From Microbacteriaceae bacterium (lineage in GTDB: Bacteria; Actinomycetota; Actinomycetes; Actinomycetales; Microbacteriaceae): a stretch of DNA of 49,426 nucleotides. A program made the position numbers and the translations under genes. Below, in pieces: positions 23,818-33,357 of this stretch (position 1 is its first letter; every line of letters begins with the position of its first letter). Under the pieces are notes generated by a model. That model worked only from the letters and a program-made list of their open reading frames with translations. It did not search any database and was not told the origin of the DNA. Location: contig DATJCC010000048.1 of the NCBI GenBank assembly GCA_035514995.1, positions 1 to 49,426 on the forward strand, given 5' to 3'.

Positions 23818-24177
23818 ATGCATCCATACGAACTCATGGTGATCCTTGATCCAGGGATCGATGAGCGAACAGTTGCTCCAAGCATTGAACAGTTTCTTAC
23901 TGTTGTGCGTAATGCAAACGGAAACGTAGAAAACGTTGACATTTGGGGTAAACGTCGTCTTGCATATGAAATTGATAAGCACACAGAAGGAATCTACGTT
24001 GTAGTTAACTTCACTGCTCCTCATGAAGCAACACAAGAGCTCGATCGTCAGCTGGGTCTTTCAGAAGCAGTGCTACGCACAAAGGTGCTACGCACTGATG
24101 AAATTATTGCGCAGCGTGCAGAGCAAGCCAAGCGTGACGCCAAAAAGGCAGCTCGCGCAGCAGCGAAGAGTGCTTAA
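23818..24177 (+). CDS. rpsF: 30S ribosomal protein S6
   Basis: [22 protein letters not shown]; start set at ATG after AAGGAGGT. Confidence 0.97.
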   Translation: MHPYELMVILDPGIDERTVAPSIEQFLTVVRNANGNVENVDIWGKRRLAYEIDKHTEGIYVVVNFTAPHEATQELDRQLGLSEAVLRTKVLRTDEIIAQRAEQAKRDAKKAARAAAKSA

Positions 24178-24179
24178 CA

Positions 24180-24686
24180 ATGGCCGGTGAAACAGTTATC
24201 ACAGTAGTGGGCAACCTTACTGCTGATCCTGAACTACGTCACACAAACAATGGTGTGGCTTTGGCTTCTTTTACAATCGCGTCGACTCCAAAAATTTATG
24301 ATCGTCAGTCAAATGAATGGAGAGACGGGGAAGCGCTTTTCTTGCGTTGCACCGTCTGGCGTGAATACGCTGAAAACGTTGTAAATTCACTGACTAAAGG
24401 GGCTCGTGTAATAGCGCGCGGTAACCTCAAGCAAAGAAACTACGAGACTAAAGAGGGCGAACGACGCACTTCTTATGAGCTTGAAGTAGATGAGATTGGA
24501 CCTTCTTTGAGGTTTGCAACCGCACAGATAAATCGGTCTCAACCGAGAGGCTCTTCGCCCTTCGCAGCAGGTGGTTCTGCCCCTGTTGAATCTTCAAGCC
24601 CAGAGCAGTGGAGTCGTGGCGGCGGAGCAAGCGATGGCTGGGCTAACCCCGGTCAAAGCTTTGATGACGCTGACGCACCCTTCTAA
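24180..24686 (+). CDS. ssb: Single-stranded DNA-binding protein
   Basis: [20 protein letters not shown], acidic DADAPF tail. Confidence 0.98.
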   Translation: MAGETVITVVGNLTADPELRHTNNGVALASFTIASTPKIYDRQSNEWRDGEALFLRCTVWREYAENVVNSLTKGARVIARGNLKQRNYETKEGERRTSYELEVDEIGPSLRFATAQINRSQPRGSSPFAAGGSAPVESSSPEQWSRGGGASDGWANPGQSFDDADAPF

Positions 24687-24741
24687 AATTTCTAAAAGCT
24701 CATCTCGGAGATAATCTCCGAAACATAAGGAAAGAACAACC

Positions 24742-24996
24742 ATGGCAGGTAAATCAAGTGCGGCTCGTAAAGGTCGCGCAAAACACGTGAAACCAGTCGC
24801 TCCAGTTAAAACAATTACTGTTGGAGTTATTGACTACAAAGACATTGCGACTCTTCGTAAATTTATTTCAGAACGTGGCAAGATCCGCTCACGTCGCATA
24901 ACAGGTGTGTCCGTGCAGGAGCAGCGCCTCATCGCCAAAGCAGTTAAAAATGCGCGCGAGATGGCTCTCCTACCCTACTCAGGTTCAGGCCGCTAG
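24742..24996 (+). CDS. rpsR: 30S ribosomal protein S18 (Cys-free form)
   Basis: [30 protein letters not shown]. Confidence 0.98.
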   Translation: MAGKSSAARKGRAKHVKPVAPVKTITVGVIDYKDIATLRKFISERGKIRSRRITGVSVQEQRLIAKAVKNAREMALLPYSGSGR

Positions 24997-25007
24997 GAGA
25001 AACGATT

Positions 25008-25457
25008 ATGGCAAAAGTAATTCTTACGAACGAAGTGCAGGGACTGGGCTCGGCCGGAGACGTTGTCGAAGTGAAGAATGGTTACGCACGTAACTTTCTT
25101 GTTCCTCAAGGTTTAGGTCTCAACTGGACACGAGGCGGAGAGGCAGAGGTCGCAAAGCTTCAGGAAGCTCGTGAAGCTCGTGCCATCGCTTCAGTTGAAG
25201 AAGCTCAAGAACTCAAAACCAAACTAGAAGGTACTAAACTTCGCATCCTGGTTAAAGCCGGTGTGGGTGGAAGACTGTTTGGTTCGGTAAAATCTGCGGC
25301 AGTGGCAGACGCTGTGTCTGAAGCTGGTATCGGCGCAATCGATAAGCGCAAGGTAACACTTCCTACAATTAAAACGACTGGAGAGTATAAGGCGGTTGTG
25401 CACCTTCACGAAGGTGTAGACGCTAAAGTTACTCTGCAGATAATTTCAGATAAATAA
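25008..25457 (+). CDS. rplI: 50S ribosomal protein L9
   Basis: [21 protein letters not shown]. Confidence 0.98.
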   Translation: MAKVILTNEVQGLGSAGDVVEVKNGYARNFLVPQGLGLNWTRGGEAEVAKLQEAREARAIASVEEAQELKTKLEGTKLRILVKAGVGGRLFGSVKSAAVADAVSEAGIGAIDKRKVTLPTIKTTGEYKAVVHLHEGVDAKVTLQIISDK

Positions 25458-25473
25458 AGCTATACCCTACATC

Positions 25474-25513
25474 AAAGAGCGATCAGCTTTCAAGTGCTGG
25501 TCGCTCTTTTTTT
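25474..25513 (+). terminator. Intrinsic terminator of rpsF-ssb-rpsR-rplI
   Basis: AAAGAGCGATCAGC-loop-GCTGGTCGCTCTTT followed by a T run. Confidence 0.85.
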
Positions 25514-25543
25514 GACGAAAAAAACATTTTTGTTGAACAAAAG

Positions 25544-25736
25544 TTCTCCACAGGGCATAAAAGTTTCAACGTTAAAGTAGTCATTTAAGCTTTACGATAT
25601 TCACAGTGAGATAAATGCTAAATGCCTGATCAGGTTAATAAAAAAAAATCTATTGCACAGGTTTTGCACAGTTATCCACAAGCCTTGTTAAAAAACACCA
25701 CGATTTTTTGGTGAGTTACCAACATGGTTATCCACA
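25544..25736. promoter_or_regulatory. DnaA-box cluster upstream of dnaB
   Basis: TTATCCACA at 25672 and 25728; near-matches at 25544, 25597, 25651, 25662, 25716, all co-oriented. Confidence 0.75.
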
Positions 25737-25862
25737 GGATGTTTTTGTTCTGGTTGAAGAGTACCCGGCTAACCTTTAAGGTGATGTCAGTAGCACCTGT
25801 CATGCTGTTTGATGCAATCAGTTGATCTAATAAATCTCCATAAAGAAGGGGAAAAGAACTCG

Positions 25863-27239
25863 ATGTCGATGGCCCACCTTGGTTTGTCTGAAGTTCCTTA
25901 CGATGATGTTCAGGCGAGCTCGCAGCGCGTACCACCGCACGATCTTCTTGCTGAGCAGAGTGTGCTCGGCGGCATGATGCTCTCAAAAGATGCTGTTGCA
26001 GATGTTTATGGAATCTTGCGGGGAATTGATTTCTACGTTCCTAAGCATGAAGTTATATTCGATGCGATTATGAACCTCTACTCGCATGGAGAGCCGACAG
26101 ACGAGATTGCTGTCTCTGACCAGTTAACTAAGCTCGGCAATTTGCAACGCGCGGGTGGAGCGGCGTACCTACACACACTTCCATCACTTGTACCAACCGC
26201 GGCAAATGCTGGCTACTATGCTGAGATTGTTGCAGAAAAAGCACTGTTGCGCAGACTTGTTGATGTTGGAACTCGGATTGCGCAGATGGGGTATGCGGCC
26301 GAGGGTGAGGCCTCAGACCTTTTAAACACGGCTCAGGCTGAGGTTTACGCTGTCTCAGGCAACCAGGAGGCCGATGATTATGTGCCACTGTCAGATGCGA
26401 TGCTTGACGCTGTACGCGAGATTGAGAGAGCGCAGGGCCTTGAAGACGGTATGACAGGGGTGCCCACTGGGTTTCGTGATCTTGATCAACTGACTAATGG
26501 TTTTGCTGGTGGTCAGATGATTATTATCGCTGCGAGGCCTGCCATGGGTAAATCGACGCTCGCACTCGATGTTGCCAGAGCTGCTGCGGTAGCAAATGAT
26601 GCAACCACGGTGTTCTTCTCTTTAGAGATGGGAAGATCAGAAATCGCTACCAGGTTGCTTGCGGCTGAGGCATCTATTCCGATGCAAATATTGCGCAAAG
26701 GTAACCTTGACCAACGTGATTGGACAAAGTTAGCAGCGACTCAGAGCCGAATTAATGAGGCGCCGCTTTTTATCGATGACAGCCCCAACCTGACGCTTGC
26801 TGAGATCAGAGCAAAGTGCCGTCGACTTAAGCAGGCCAACGGTTTACGTATGGTTGTGATCGACTACTTACAGTTGTTGACCAGTGGTAAAAAAGTTGAA
26901 AACCGGCAGCAAGAGGTTAGTGAGTTTTCGCGTGCACTAAAATTATTAGCAAAAGAGCTAGACGTGCCCGTTGTTGCGCTTTCGCAGCTAAACCGCGCCT
27001 CTGAGCAACGCTCAGATAAGCTACCTGCGATAAGCGATCTTCGTGAGTCTGGTTCTCTAGAGCAAGACGCTGATGTCGTTATCTTATTGCATCGCGAGGC
27101 TGTTTATGAGCGAGATCACCCGCGTGCTGGCGAGGCTGATTTTATCCTGGCTAAGCAACGCAACGGACCAACGGGAACTGTTACAGTAGCATTTCAGGGT
27201 CACTTCTCACGTTTTCAAGATATGCCAAGTGGCGCTTGA
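25863..27239 (+). CDS. dnaB: Replicative DNA helicase (no intein)
   Basis: PPHDLLAEQSVLGG, AARPAMGKS, IDYLQL, LSQLNR, LRESGSLEQDAD, KQRNGP; start ATG 25863 after purine-rich SD. Confidence 0.98.
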   Translation: MSMAHLGLSEVPYDDVQASSQRVPPHDLLAEQSVLGGMMLSKDAVADVYGILRGIDFYVPKHEVIFDAIMNLYSHGEPTDEIAVSDQLTKLGNLQRAGGAAYLHTLPSLVPTAANAGYYAEIVAEKALLRRLVDVGTRIAQMGYAAEGEASDLLNTAQAEVYAVSGNQEADDYVPLSDAMLDAVREIERAQGLEDGMTGVPTGFRDLDQLTNGFAGGQMIIIAARPAMGKSTLALDVARAAAVANDATTVFFSLEMGRSEIATRLLAAEASIPMQILRKGNLDQRDWTKLAATQSRINEAPLFIDDSPNLTLAEIRAKCRRLKQANGLRMVVIDYLQLLTSGKKVENRQQEVSEFSRALKLLAKELDVPVVALSQLNRASEQRSDKLPAISDLRESGSLEQDADVVILLHREAVYERDHPRAGEADFILAKQRNGPTGTVTVAFQGHFSRFQDMPSGA

Positions 27240-27271
27240 TAGACCGTGCTCAGTAGAGACGCTAAATAACG

Positions 27272-28087
27272 TTACGCTTGCTCATCGAGCAAAAAAGCAC
27301 GCAAAGCAGCTATCACTTCTGCGGGTTTTTCTGAGTGCACCCAATGCCCTGCTCCTGCAACAGTGAGCCTTTCTGCGAGAGGGAAGAGTGCCCGCATAGC
27401 AGGCTCATCTGCATCAGTAATATAATTCGAACGCTCTCCACCAACCCACAAAACCGGACCGATAAAAGCAGACTGATTGATCTCAGGAAAATCCATGATG
27501 GTATCCAACTGCGAGTGAAGCAATTGCAGATTTGGTTCCCATTCAAACCCGTTTTCATTTCTTTTCAGGTTTTGTAGCAAGAAACCGCGCACCCCTTCAT
27601 TGGGGATCTTAGAACTTAAATTTTTATGAGCGTCGAGACGGCTTCCCACCTCTGTAAGATCAAGGCTTGTTAAAGAGCTGAGCAAGTGTTCGAATTCGCT
27701 TCCAGCCGATTTTGTTGAAACAGGTGACATATCAATCACAACGAGTCTGCGCACAAGATCAGGGTGTCTGAGCGCAAGAATCATCGCGACTTTACCTCCC
27801 ATCGAGTGCCCAACAACATCAACCGGGAGGGAAGAAGCAAAGTCATTGAGAAGGTGATCAGCGACTAAATCAGCCATTTGCTCATAAACGAAATCTTTAG
27901 TCCAGCCAGACTCGCCGTGGTTTGGTAGGTCAACCATAAGACTTTGAGCTTCAGGCGTTAACCCTTTTGCAATGCGGGTAAAGTTTTTACCGCGTCCAAA
28001 AAGACCGTGTAAAAAAACGACTCTGTTTTGCGATTGATTGTCGCCTACAACAAATGAATGAATTGGTTTAGAAAGTAAATTAGCCAC
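27272..28087 (-). CDS. Alpha/beta hydrolase (YbfF/ABHD11-like esterase)
   Basis: LHGLFG, DLPNHG, GHSMGGK, GHWVHSE. Confidence 0.88.
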   Translation of the reverse strand: MANLLSKPIHSFVVGDNQSQNRVVFLHGLFGRGKNFTRIAKGLTPEAQSLMVDLPNHGESGWTKDFVYEQMADLVADHLLNDFASSLPVDVVGHSMGGKVAMILALRHPDLVRRLVVIDMSPVSTKSAGSEFEHLLSSLTSLDLTEVGSRLDAHKNLSSKIPNEGVRGFLLQNLKRNENGFEWEPNLQLLHSQLDTIMDFPEINQSAFIGPVLWVGGERSNYITDADEPAMRALFPLAERLTVAGAGHWVHSEKPAEVIAALRAFLLDEQA

Positions 28088-28142
28088 AGGTTAAGGTTAC
28101 CGTTAACGTTTGCGCCTGTTTCAAATACTTATAATCTCTGAT

Positions 28143-29642
28143 CTAAAAACCTTGGGTGCGCATAATATGCGAAAGCACGGCACGATCATTTGGATTCATG
28201 ACTCCATCAACAAACCTTTTTAATGCATGGGCGACAGTTAATGCACCACCGCTGTCGCGCACATTGTTCAAAAGTTTAACGAGAGTGCGCGGCGCAAACA
28301 CGTTTTCTTCTAGTCCTGGGCGACCATCGATGCGCTGGTCATTAGAAATAAAGGTGTCGAAACCCTCACCGTAACGACCAGAAAAGATCTGTTGAGTGAT
28401 AAAAGCAAAACGAGCGACACTTTCAAGTTCAGTCTCTGTAACTTTCGGCGTCAATACTCCTCTGCTGTTGCTTAAAGCAATAGTTGCTAATAACAAATTT
28501 TCTACGGGGACATCGCGAAAGTCGAGATCCGCATCAGGATATTCAACTCTAAAAGTGTTGGCACCAAAGCGGTTGATAAGTTCGGAGCTCAAAGAAAAGA
28601 TGCCTCGATAGCGTTCGCTAGATTGCTCATTAGCGGTAGCAATAATTACAAAACCAGCAGCGACGGTGACGGGCCTTCCCGCATTTTCCTGTACTCGATA
28701 TTCTTCACCTGGCACAAGTTGGAGAATGCGGTTTAGTCTTTTCAAAAACTCAGGTGGCATGGCATTAATCTCATCAAGAATTATGGGAGTGCCTGCTTTC
28801 ATGGCACGCAGTAAAGGACCCGGCACAAATACGCTCGAAGTCGCTTTGTCTTCAACACGCAACTCATGTGCACCAATAACTTGAGTGCTAGAAATGTCAC
28901 CGAATCCTGAAATGAATTCATGCCCCTCTTGGTGCAGCTTTTTAGCAAGATGCTCGGCGAGAGCGGTTTTAGCCCCTCCTGTCTCACCAATCAAAAGCAT
29001 GGGCTCGCCTCGTGAAATTGCGGGCACCGACTCAGCAATGATTGCCTCCATTTGGGGGGTTAGTAACAGTCCACTGGTGAGTTCTTTGTTCGCGTCGCGG
29101 ATACGAAGCGTAGCCACATTCTGTAAGACAGCGTCTCTTAGTTCTTCTGAAGTGATAGCACTTAAGTCGGCTTGAAAAGAAGCTGCATCGGACTGTAAAA
29201 GAGAGATCTCTTTGCTTTCAAATGAGGTCGGAAATCTTTTTGATAGAAAAGCTCTATTATAAATGTCTTCTGTTTTAGCTAGAAGAGCCTTCTTGCTTTT
29301 AAGCTGCTTATGCAAACGAATCGCGATGCGCAGACTCTGCGCTCGAAAAGTTAAGGCCCGATCTACAAGATTCTTGCTCTTCTCATCTTGTAACAACAGA
29401 TCAAGGCTAGTTGCTAATTGTGTAAGTGCGTTTATGTGCAAACCCAAAAATGAGGGTAGGCCCTCTGAAATTTGGTTCAGAGCATCCCAGTCATTCTCAT
29501 TAATAAGCGACTTGATCAGAGTTTTTTGTTGCATATCTAAAGTTGATTGGGCGTCAAGCAGGAGTGCCCTTTTGGTCTCATTAAACTCTGCGAACAGGGC
29601 AGATACTTCATTTAGAAATGGATCATGTAGAAGAACCGACAT
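28143..29642 (-). CDS. MoxR/CbbQ/CobS-like AAA+ ATPase with long N-terminal extension
   Basis: Walker A variant GETGGAKT, GPLLRAMKAG, Walker B IILDEIN, sensor I ATAN, Arg finger LINRF, sensor II APRTL. Confidence 0.85.
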   Translation of the reverse strand: MSVLLHDPFLNEVSALFAEFNETKRALLLDAQSTLDMQQKTLIKSLINENDWDALNQISEGLPSFLGLHINALTQLATSLDLLLQDEKSKNLVDRALTFRAQSLRIAIRLHKQLKSKKALLAKTEDIYNRAFLSKRFPTSFESKEISLLQSDAASFQADLSAITSEELRDAVLQNVATLRIRDANKELTSGLLLTPQMEAIIAESVPAISRGEPMLLIGETGGAKTALAEHLAKKLHQEGHEFISGFGDISSTQVIGAHELRVEDKATSSVFVPGPLLRAMKAGTPIILDEINAMPPEFLKRLNRILQLVPGEEYRVQENAGRPVTVAAGFVIIATANEQSSERYRGIFSLSSELINRFGANTFRVEYPDADLDFRDVPVENLLLATIALSNSRGVLTPKVTETELESVARFAFITQQIFSGRYGEGFDTFISNDQRIDGRPGLEENVFAPRTLVKLLNNVRDSGGALTVAHALKRFVDGVMNPNDRAVLSHIMRTQGF

Positions 29643-29708
29643 GACGTCACGTTACCACGTCTCAATAAAATTTTAGATACTTAAGTCACTTAACGGTAGG
29701 GTTTAAAT
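29643..29708. promoter_or_regulatory. Back-to-back leaderless promoters for the AAA and vWA genes
   Basis: TAACGT (minus, 29654-29649) and TAGGGT (plus, 29697-29702), each exactly 6 nt before its ATG. Confidence 0.55.
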
Positions 29709-31514
29709 ATGGCTCAAAGCCTTGCAGAAACACTTCAGTTCGTAGGAAGCACCATAGGTGTAAAGCTCGTTACCGAGCCAGGAGAAAAATGGCGTATAGA
29801 AAGTAATACGGTTTATTTTGGTGAACAGTACTATCCGACTTTAGGAGGCACAGCTCACGACCGGAGCCTTTTTGCGACCATGCTTTTGTTAGATGTCTGG
29901 ACTGTTTACAGGCTTCCTAAACAGGCGCCCCGTCGCATGATAAGGCGTAGAGCAATCGAAGAAGCTAGACCAGAATTTGCACAAGTTTTTAAAACAATCG
30001 ACAGGCTTGAATCTGTCGGCGATATTCTCACAGCGTTTCCTAGCTTAAGGTCTGATCTCGCAAAGCTGTTTAATCAACACATTTCACATAACCTGCACTC
30101 TCTTGATCTTACTGAGCAGTGGTTATTGATATTGCTTTTGGAGAGCGTGGGTGAGGCCAAGAAACTTGAAATTGAATCTGAGGTTGCAGGGGAGCTGTCA
30201 ATAATTAAGCAACTTAGTGAGACAGTGGTAGCCGAAGCCATCACACCAGTATCTTCGCAGATTACAAGATTTGAAAGACTTAATGCGCTGATTCTTCCCG
30301 GCTATATACGTCTCTTAAAAGCGATGCAAAAGAAACAGGGCCTGACTTCAGCAGTTGTAGCTTCCGGTCTCAAAGAAGACCACATTTCAGATCTTGACTT
30401 TGGTTCAACGACTGGTGAGCTGGAACCAGAGAGCGAAGACGCTAAACACGCGACTGAGGCAGATTCAGAAACGCACGAAAGAGAAAGTTCAAAAGTAGAC
30501 ACGGCAGAGGGCGCAGACCTTTTTGAATCCACTGGTGCAGCTTCTGTAACTGCGCTACTCGATACCCCCATCGCTACTACAAGCCCGCAAATGCTAGATC
30601 TTTTGCGGCAGATCGAAAAAGATGAACTGAACGAAGAGAGGAGATATCAAAACACGAGCTCTGCTGAATCAAAAATTACGCAAGCCCAGTATCAATCTCG
30701 AGCTAATGCCTTGGCGCCACAAATAGAACAGATGCTAAATGTGTGGCGAAGCAATCTTGCCAAACAAATCAGCCCCCGCATGCAACTATCGAGACAGCTA
30801 CAGCCAGAAGGTGAAGTGCTTGACGAAACCCGTTTGCCGCAAATACTTGCTGAGGCATTAGCTGGTGTTGCTCGCCCACGGGCCTTCAGACCACGAGAGC
30901 GTAAACCAAGAAGACGGTTAGAAACAGCGCACACTGATTATGTGATGATAATCGACAGGTCATCTTCAATGCGAGTTGTCTCTACTGCAGCAGCAGACGC
31001 GGCTCTGGTTTTAACCGAATCGCTAGCCGGGTTTATGCGCGAGTTAAAAGAAATCGAAAAAGTTGAAGGAGAAATCGGAGTCGAGATAAGAACAGCTTTA
31101 ATCGTTTTTGATTCTGACACCGAAACGATTAAAAATCTTTCAGCTGCAATGGATGACGAGTCACGCTTTGCTCTTTATGGCAAGGTTCGCGAAACCGGCG
31201 GCACAACAAATGATGCAGCAGCGTTGCAAGAAGCAGCCCGGGAGCTCGGGTTGGGCCCTAAAAAACTTTTTAATTCGGGTGAAAAAAAACGTAAAAGAGT
31301 CGTGATCATGTTAAGCGACGGTCACTCCTCTGATCTGAGTGCTTCAAACGAGATGCTGCATGCTTTGCGCTCGCAACAGGTTGAAGTTTGGGGTATCGGG
31401 GTGCGAGATGATGAAATGTTTGCAAGGTATCAGCCATTTTTTAAGCGCGTAGATCTGGGAAGCGAGATAGTAGAAGCTGTGAAAGAAATAATAGAGATCT
31501 CTGTCGCTAGATAG
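29709..31514 (+). CDS. vWA (MIDAS) domain protein, CobT/NorD-like architecture
   Basis: IIDRSSSM (DxSxS), GGTTND, IMLSDG; acidic linker and GEVLDETRL motif before the vWA domain. Confidence 0.85.
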   Translation: MAQSLAETLQFVGSTIGVKLVTEPGEKWRIESNTVYFGEQYYPTLGGTAHDRSLFATMLLLDVWTVYRLPKQAPRRMIRRRAIEEARPEFAQVFKTIDRLESVGDILTAFPSLRSDLAKLFNQHISHNLHSLDLTEQWLLILLLESVGEAKKLEIESEVAGELSIIKQLSETVVAEAITPVSSQITRFERLNALILPGYIRLLKAMQKKQGLTSAVVASGLKEDHISDLDFGSTTGELEPESEDAKHATEADSETHERESSKVDTAEGADLFESTGAASVTALLDTPIATTSPQMLDLLRQIEKDELNEERRYQNTSSAESKITQAQYQSRANALAPQIEQMLNVWRSNLAKQISPRMQLSRQLQPEGEVLDETRLPQILAEALAGVARPRAFRPRERKPRRRLETAHTDYVMIIDRSSSMRVVSTAAADAALVLTESLAGFMRELKEIEKVEGEIGVEIRTALIVFDSDTETIKNLSAAMDDESRFALYGKVRETGGTTNDAAALQEAARELGLGPKKLFNSGEKKRKRVVIMLSDGHSSDLSASNEMLHALRSQQVEVWGIGVRDDEMFARYQPFFKRVDLGSEIVEAVKEIIEISVAR

Positions 31515-31572
31515 AATAAGAGAGGCGAAAGACAAGAGATTTCATGAGCATGTATCTCAAATAAGGAACAAA

Positions 31573-32406
31573 ATGCATTTGGATGTCAAACTGGCGCGGA
31601 AGCTATTTGCCGAGCTTGCTCAAGAGTTAGATGACGCACTACTTGAAAACGATTCAAAATCAAAAAGCGACTCGTCTATGCAGGAGCTTGGTTCTATGCA
31701 GGTGCTTGATGCAGAAGCTAAAAAAATGAGCGCGCCTGGGGGGATACTTGCGACTAGTTCGCTTGCTGAAATTAAAAATGACAGTGTCAGAATAAGGTTT
31801 CAAGAAAGCTTTGCTCTTTTGGGTGAGGCTGCTGGTGCGCTGGGAGTGAGCTTGCCCGATGCAGATGCGTTTCAGCATGCCGGATACGATTTTTTAAAGT
31901 TGGCAAAAATTGCTGAAACCGACAAAAATTTGGTGCTCGTCGCTGCTCCTTATGGATTGGGTTTAGCAGCATGGCAATCACTTTTTCGGATTGATGTTAT
32001 GCGTCTGGACTCGAAAATGCCATTAGATGTTGCGCGTGAACTGCAGCAAGAATTTATTTTGCTTGATCGGGTGCAACAAACAGATCTCCCACAGGTGCAA
32101 GATCGCAACATTAAATGGACCCTCAGACTCATTCCAGCGGCACCAAAGCCTGAAAAGATGGGTTTAAACTATGCGGTTGGACCACACCCTGCTCTACCTG
32201 AAATGTTGATGTTACAGGCCATACAGTTGCTGGCGGGTGGCGCGGCACTCGATCAAAACACTTTTACGTGGATAGCTGGAAAAATAGCCGGTGACAAACT
32301 TGCCGCTCGGCATGTGTTTGATGTCTCACAGAACAGAATCATTATAAACAGTCGTGAAATAGGTAATCAGGGCCCGCATCTTGGCGCGAGACCACCTAAA
32401 TGGTGA
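31573..32406 (+). CDS. Hypothetical soluble protein following the vWA gene
   Basis: 277-aa ORF with SD AAGGA; C-terminal TW..G and GARP pattern. Confidence 0.75.
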   Translation: MHLDVKLARKLFAELAQELDDALLENDSKSKSDSSMQELGSMQVLDAEAKKMSAPGGILATSSLAEIKNDSVRIRFQESFALLGEAAGALGVSLPDADAFQHAGYDFLKLAKIAETDKNLVLVAAPYGLGLAAWQSLFRIDVMRLDSKMPLDVARELQQEFILLDRVQQTDLPQVQDRNIKWTLRLIPAAPKPEKMGLNYAVGPHPALPEMLMLQAIQLLAGGAALDQNTFTWIAGKIAGDKLAARHVFDVSQNRIIINSREIGNQGPHLGARPPKW

Positions 32407-32514
32407 GGCGAAGCGTGGAGCTTGCTGAAAGACCAGCCCAGTGTGAGCAGATACACTTGATAGCAATTGGAGTGATTAAAACAGACGTTTAACGCGTCTA
32501 AGAAGAGGTATGTC

Positions 32515-33075
32515 TTGGAAACATTAGAAAAGCGTGACCCGCGCTTACTTATCCCGGTCATAATTTTTCTCGCGACTGGTTTTACTGTGACCTTTACACA
32601 GGGTCTGCATGAAGACCTACGCTTTAACTCCTGGCTAATCGTAGTTTTTGGGTTAGCGCTGGGTTTGACTTCATTTATTAATTGGACAAAGACCAAGAAA
32701 GAACCCGCTGGTTTTGTTCCTGCTCTAAGTGGCGTGCTGTCATTAGCGCTAGCTGTTGTGGCTATTTCTGCTGCAAACTTAATGCAATTGAGGCTCGGGC
32801 TACTCATATGGGCTGCAATAAACGTGGCAGTTTACGCGTATGCTTGGATGATCACAAAAAACTCTAAAGCTCTTCTTGTGGCCGCTTACGGCACGTTTTT
32901 CGTTCTTGTAATCGCCTTTGTCGCGACCGATCTACCGGCTGTAGTAGGTTTTTTTGCAGCTTTTTGCATAATGGCTGGTGTTTATCTTGGAATAGCTGCC
33001 TTTGATCCAAAAGAAACTGATTCAAAAGAAACTAGGGCTCAAGAATCTCAACATGAGACAGGAATTTCAATATGA
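32515..33075 (+). CDS. Multi-pass membrane protein
   Basis: About 6 hydrophobic segments; TTG start with SD GAGG. Confidence 0.75.
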   Translation: METLEKRDPRLLIPVIIFLATGFTVTFTQGLHEDLRFNSWLIVVFGLALGLTSFINWTKTKKEPAGFVPALSGVLSLALAVVAISAANLMQLRLGLLIWAAINVAVYAYAWMITKNSKALLVAAYGTFFVLVIAFVATDLPAVVGFFAAFCIMAGVYLGIAAFDPKETDSKETRAQESQHETGISI

Positions 33076-33332
33076 ACCAACAGGATGAAAACCCAACCAA
33101 ACCCAGTAAGAAAGATAGGTTACGGCCGCTTGAACTTGTCGGATTTTCAGCGGTTCTTGCAATATTCGCGACACTGGTCGTGCTACTTGCTACAAAAGAC
33201 TTCAGACTCGCGGCTATCGTATTGGGTCTAGTTTTTATTTTGACACTGATGGTAGTTTCACTAGTGGGTCTTGGTATTAAGCCAAATCCAGAAGATCTTG
33301 AGGCTAGAAAGAGCCTCGATGACGCTCACTAA
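33072..33332 (+). CDS. Small 2-TM membrane protein
   Basis: RLRPLELVGFSAVLA plus two TM segments; ATGA overlap with the previous gene. Confidence 0.75.
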   Translation: MNQQDENPTKPSKKDRLRPLELVGFSAVLAIFATLVVLLATKDFRLAAIVLGLVFILTLMVVSLVGLGIKPNPEDLEARKSLDDAH

Positions 33333-33357
33333 TTGTTTTTATTTTAAATAGAATTAG

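Noticed and set aside
24705-24721. Palindrome TCGGAGATAATCTCCGA between ssb and rpsR
   Set aside because: Short, single copy, no T tract; no function can be supported
25672-25986. 104-aa minus-strand ORF and the extended dnaB start at 25809
   Set aside because: Overlaps the DnaA boxes and dnaB; the SD supports ATG 25863
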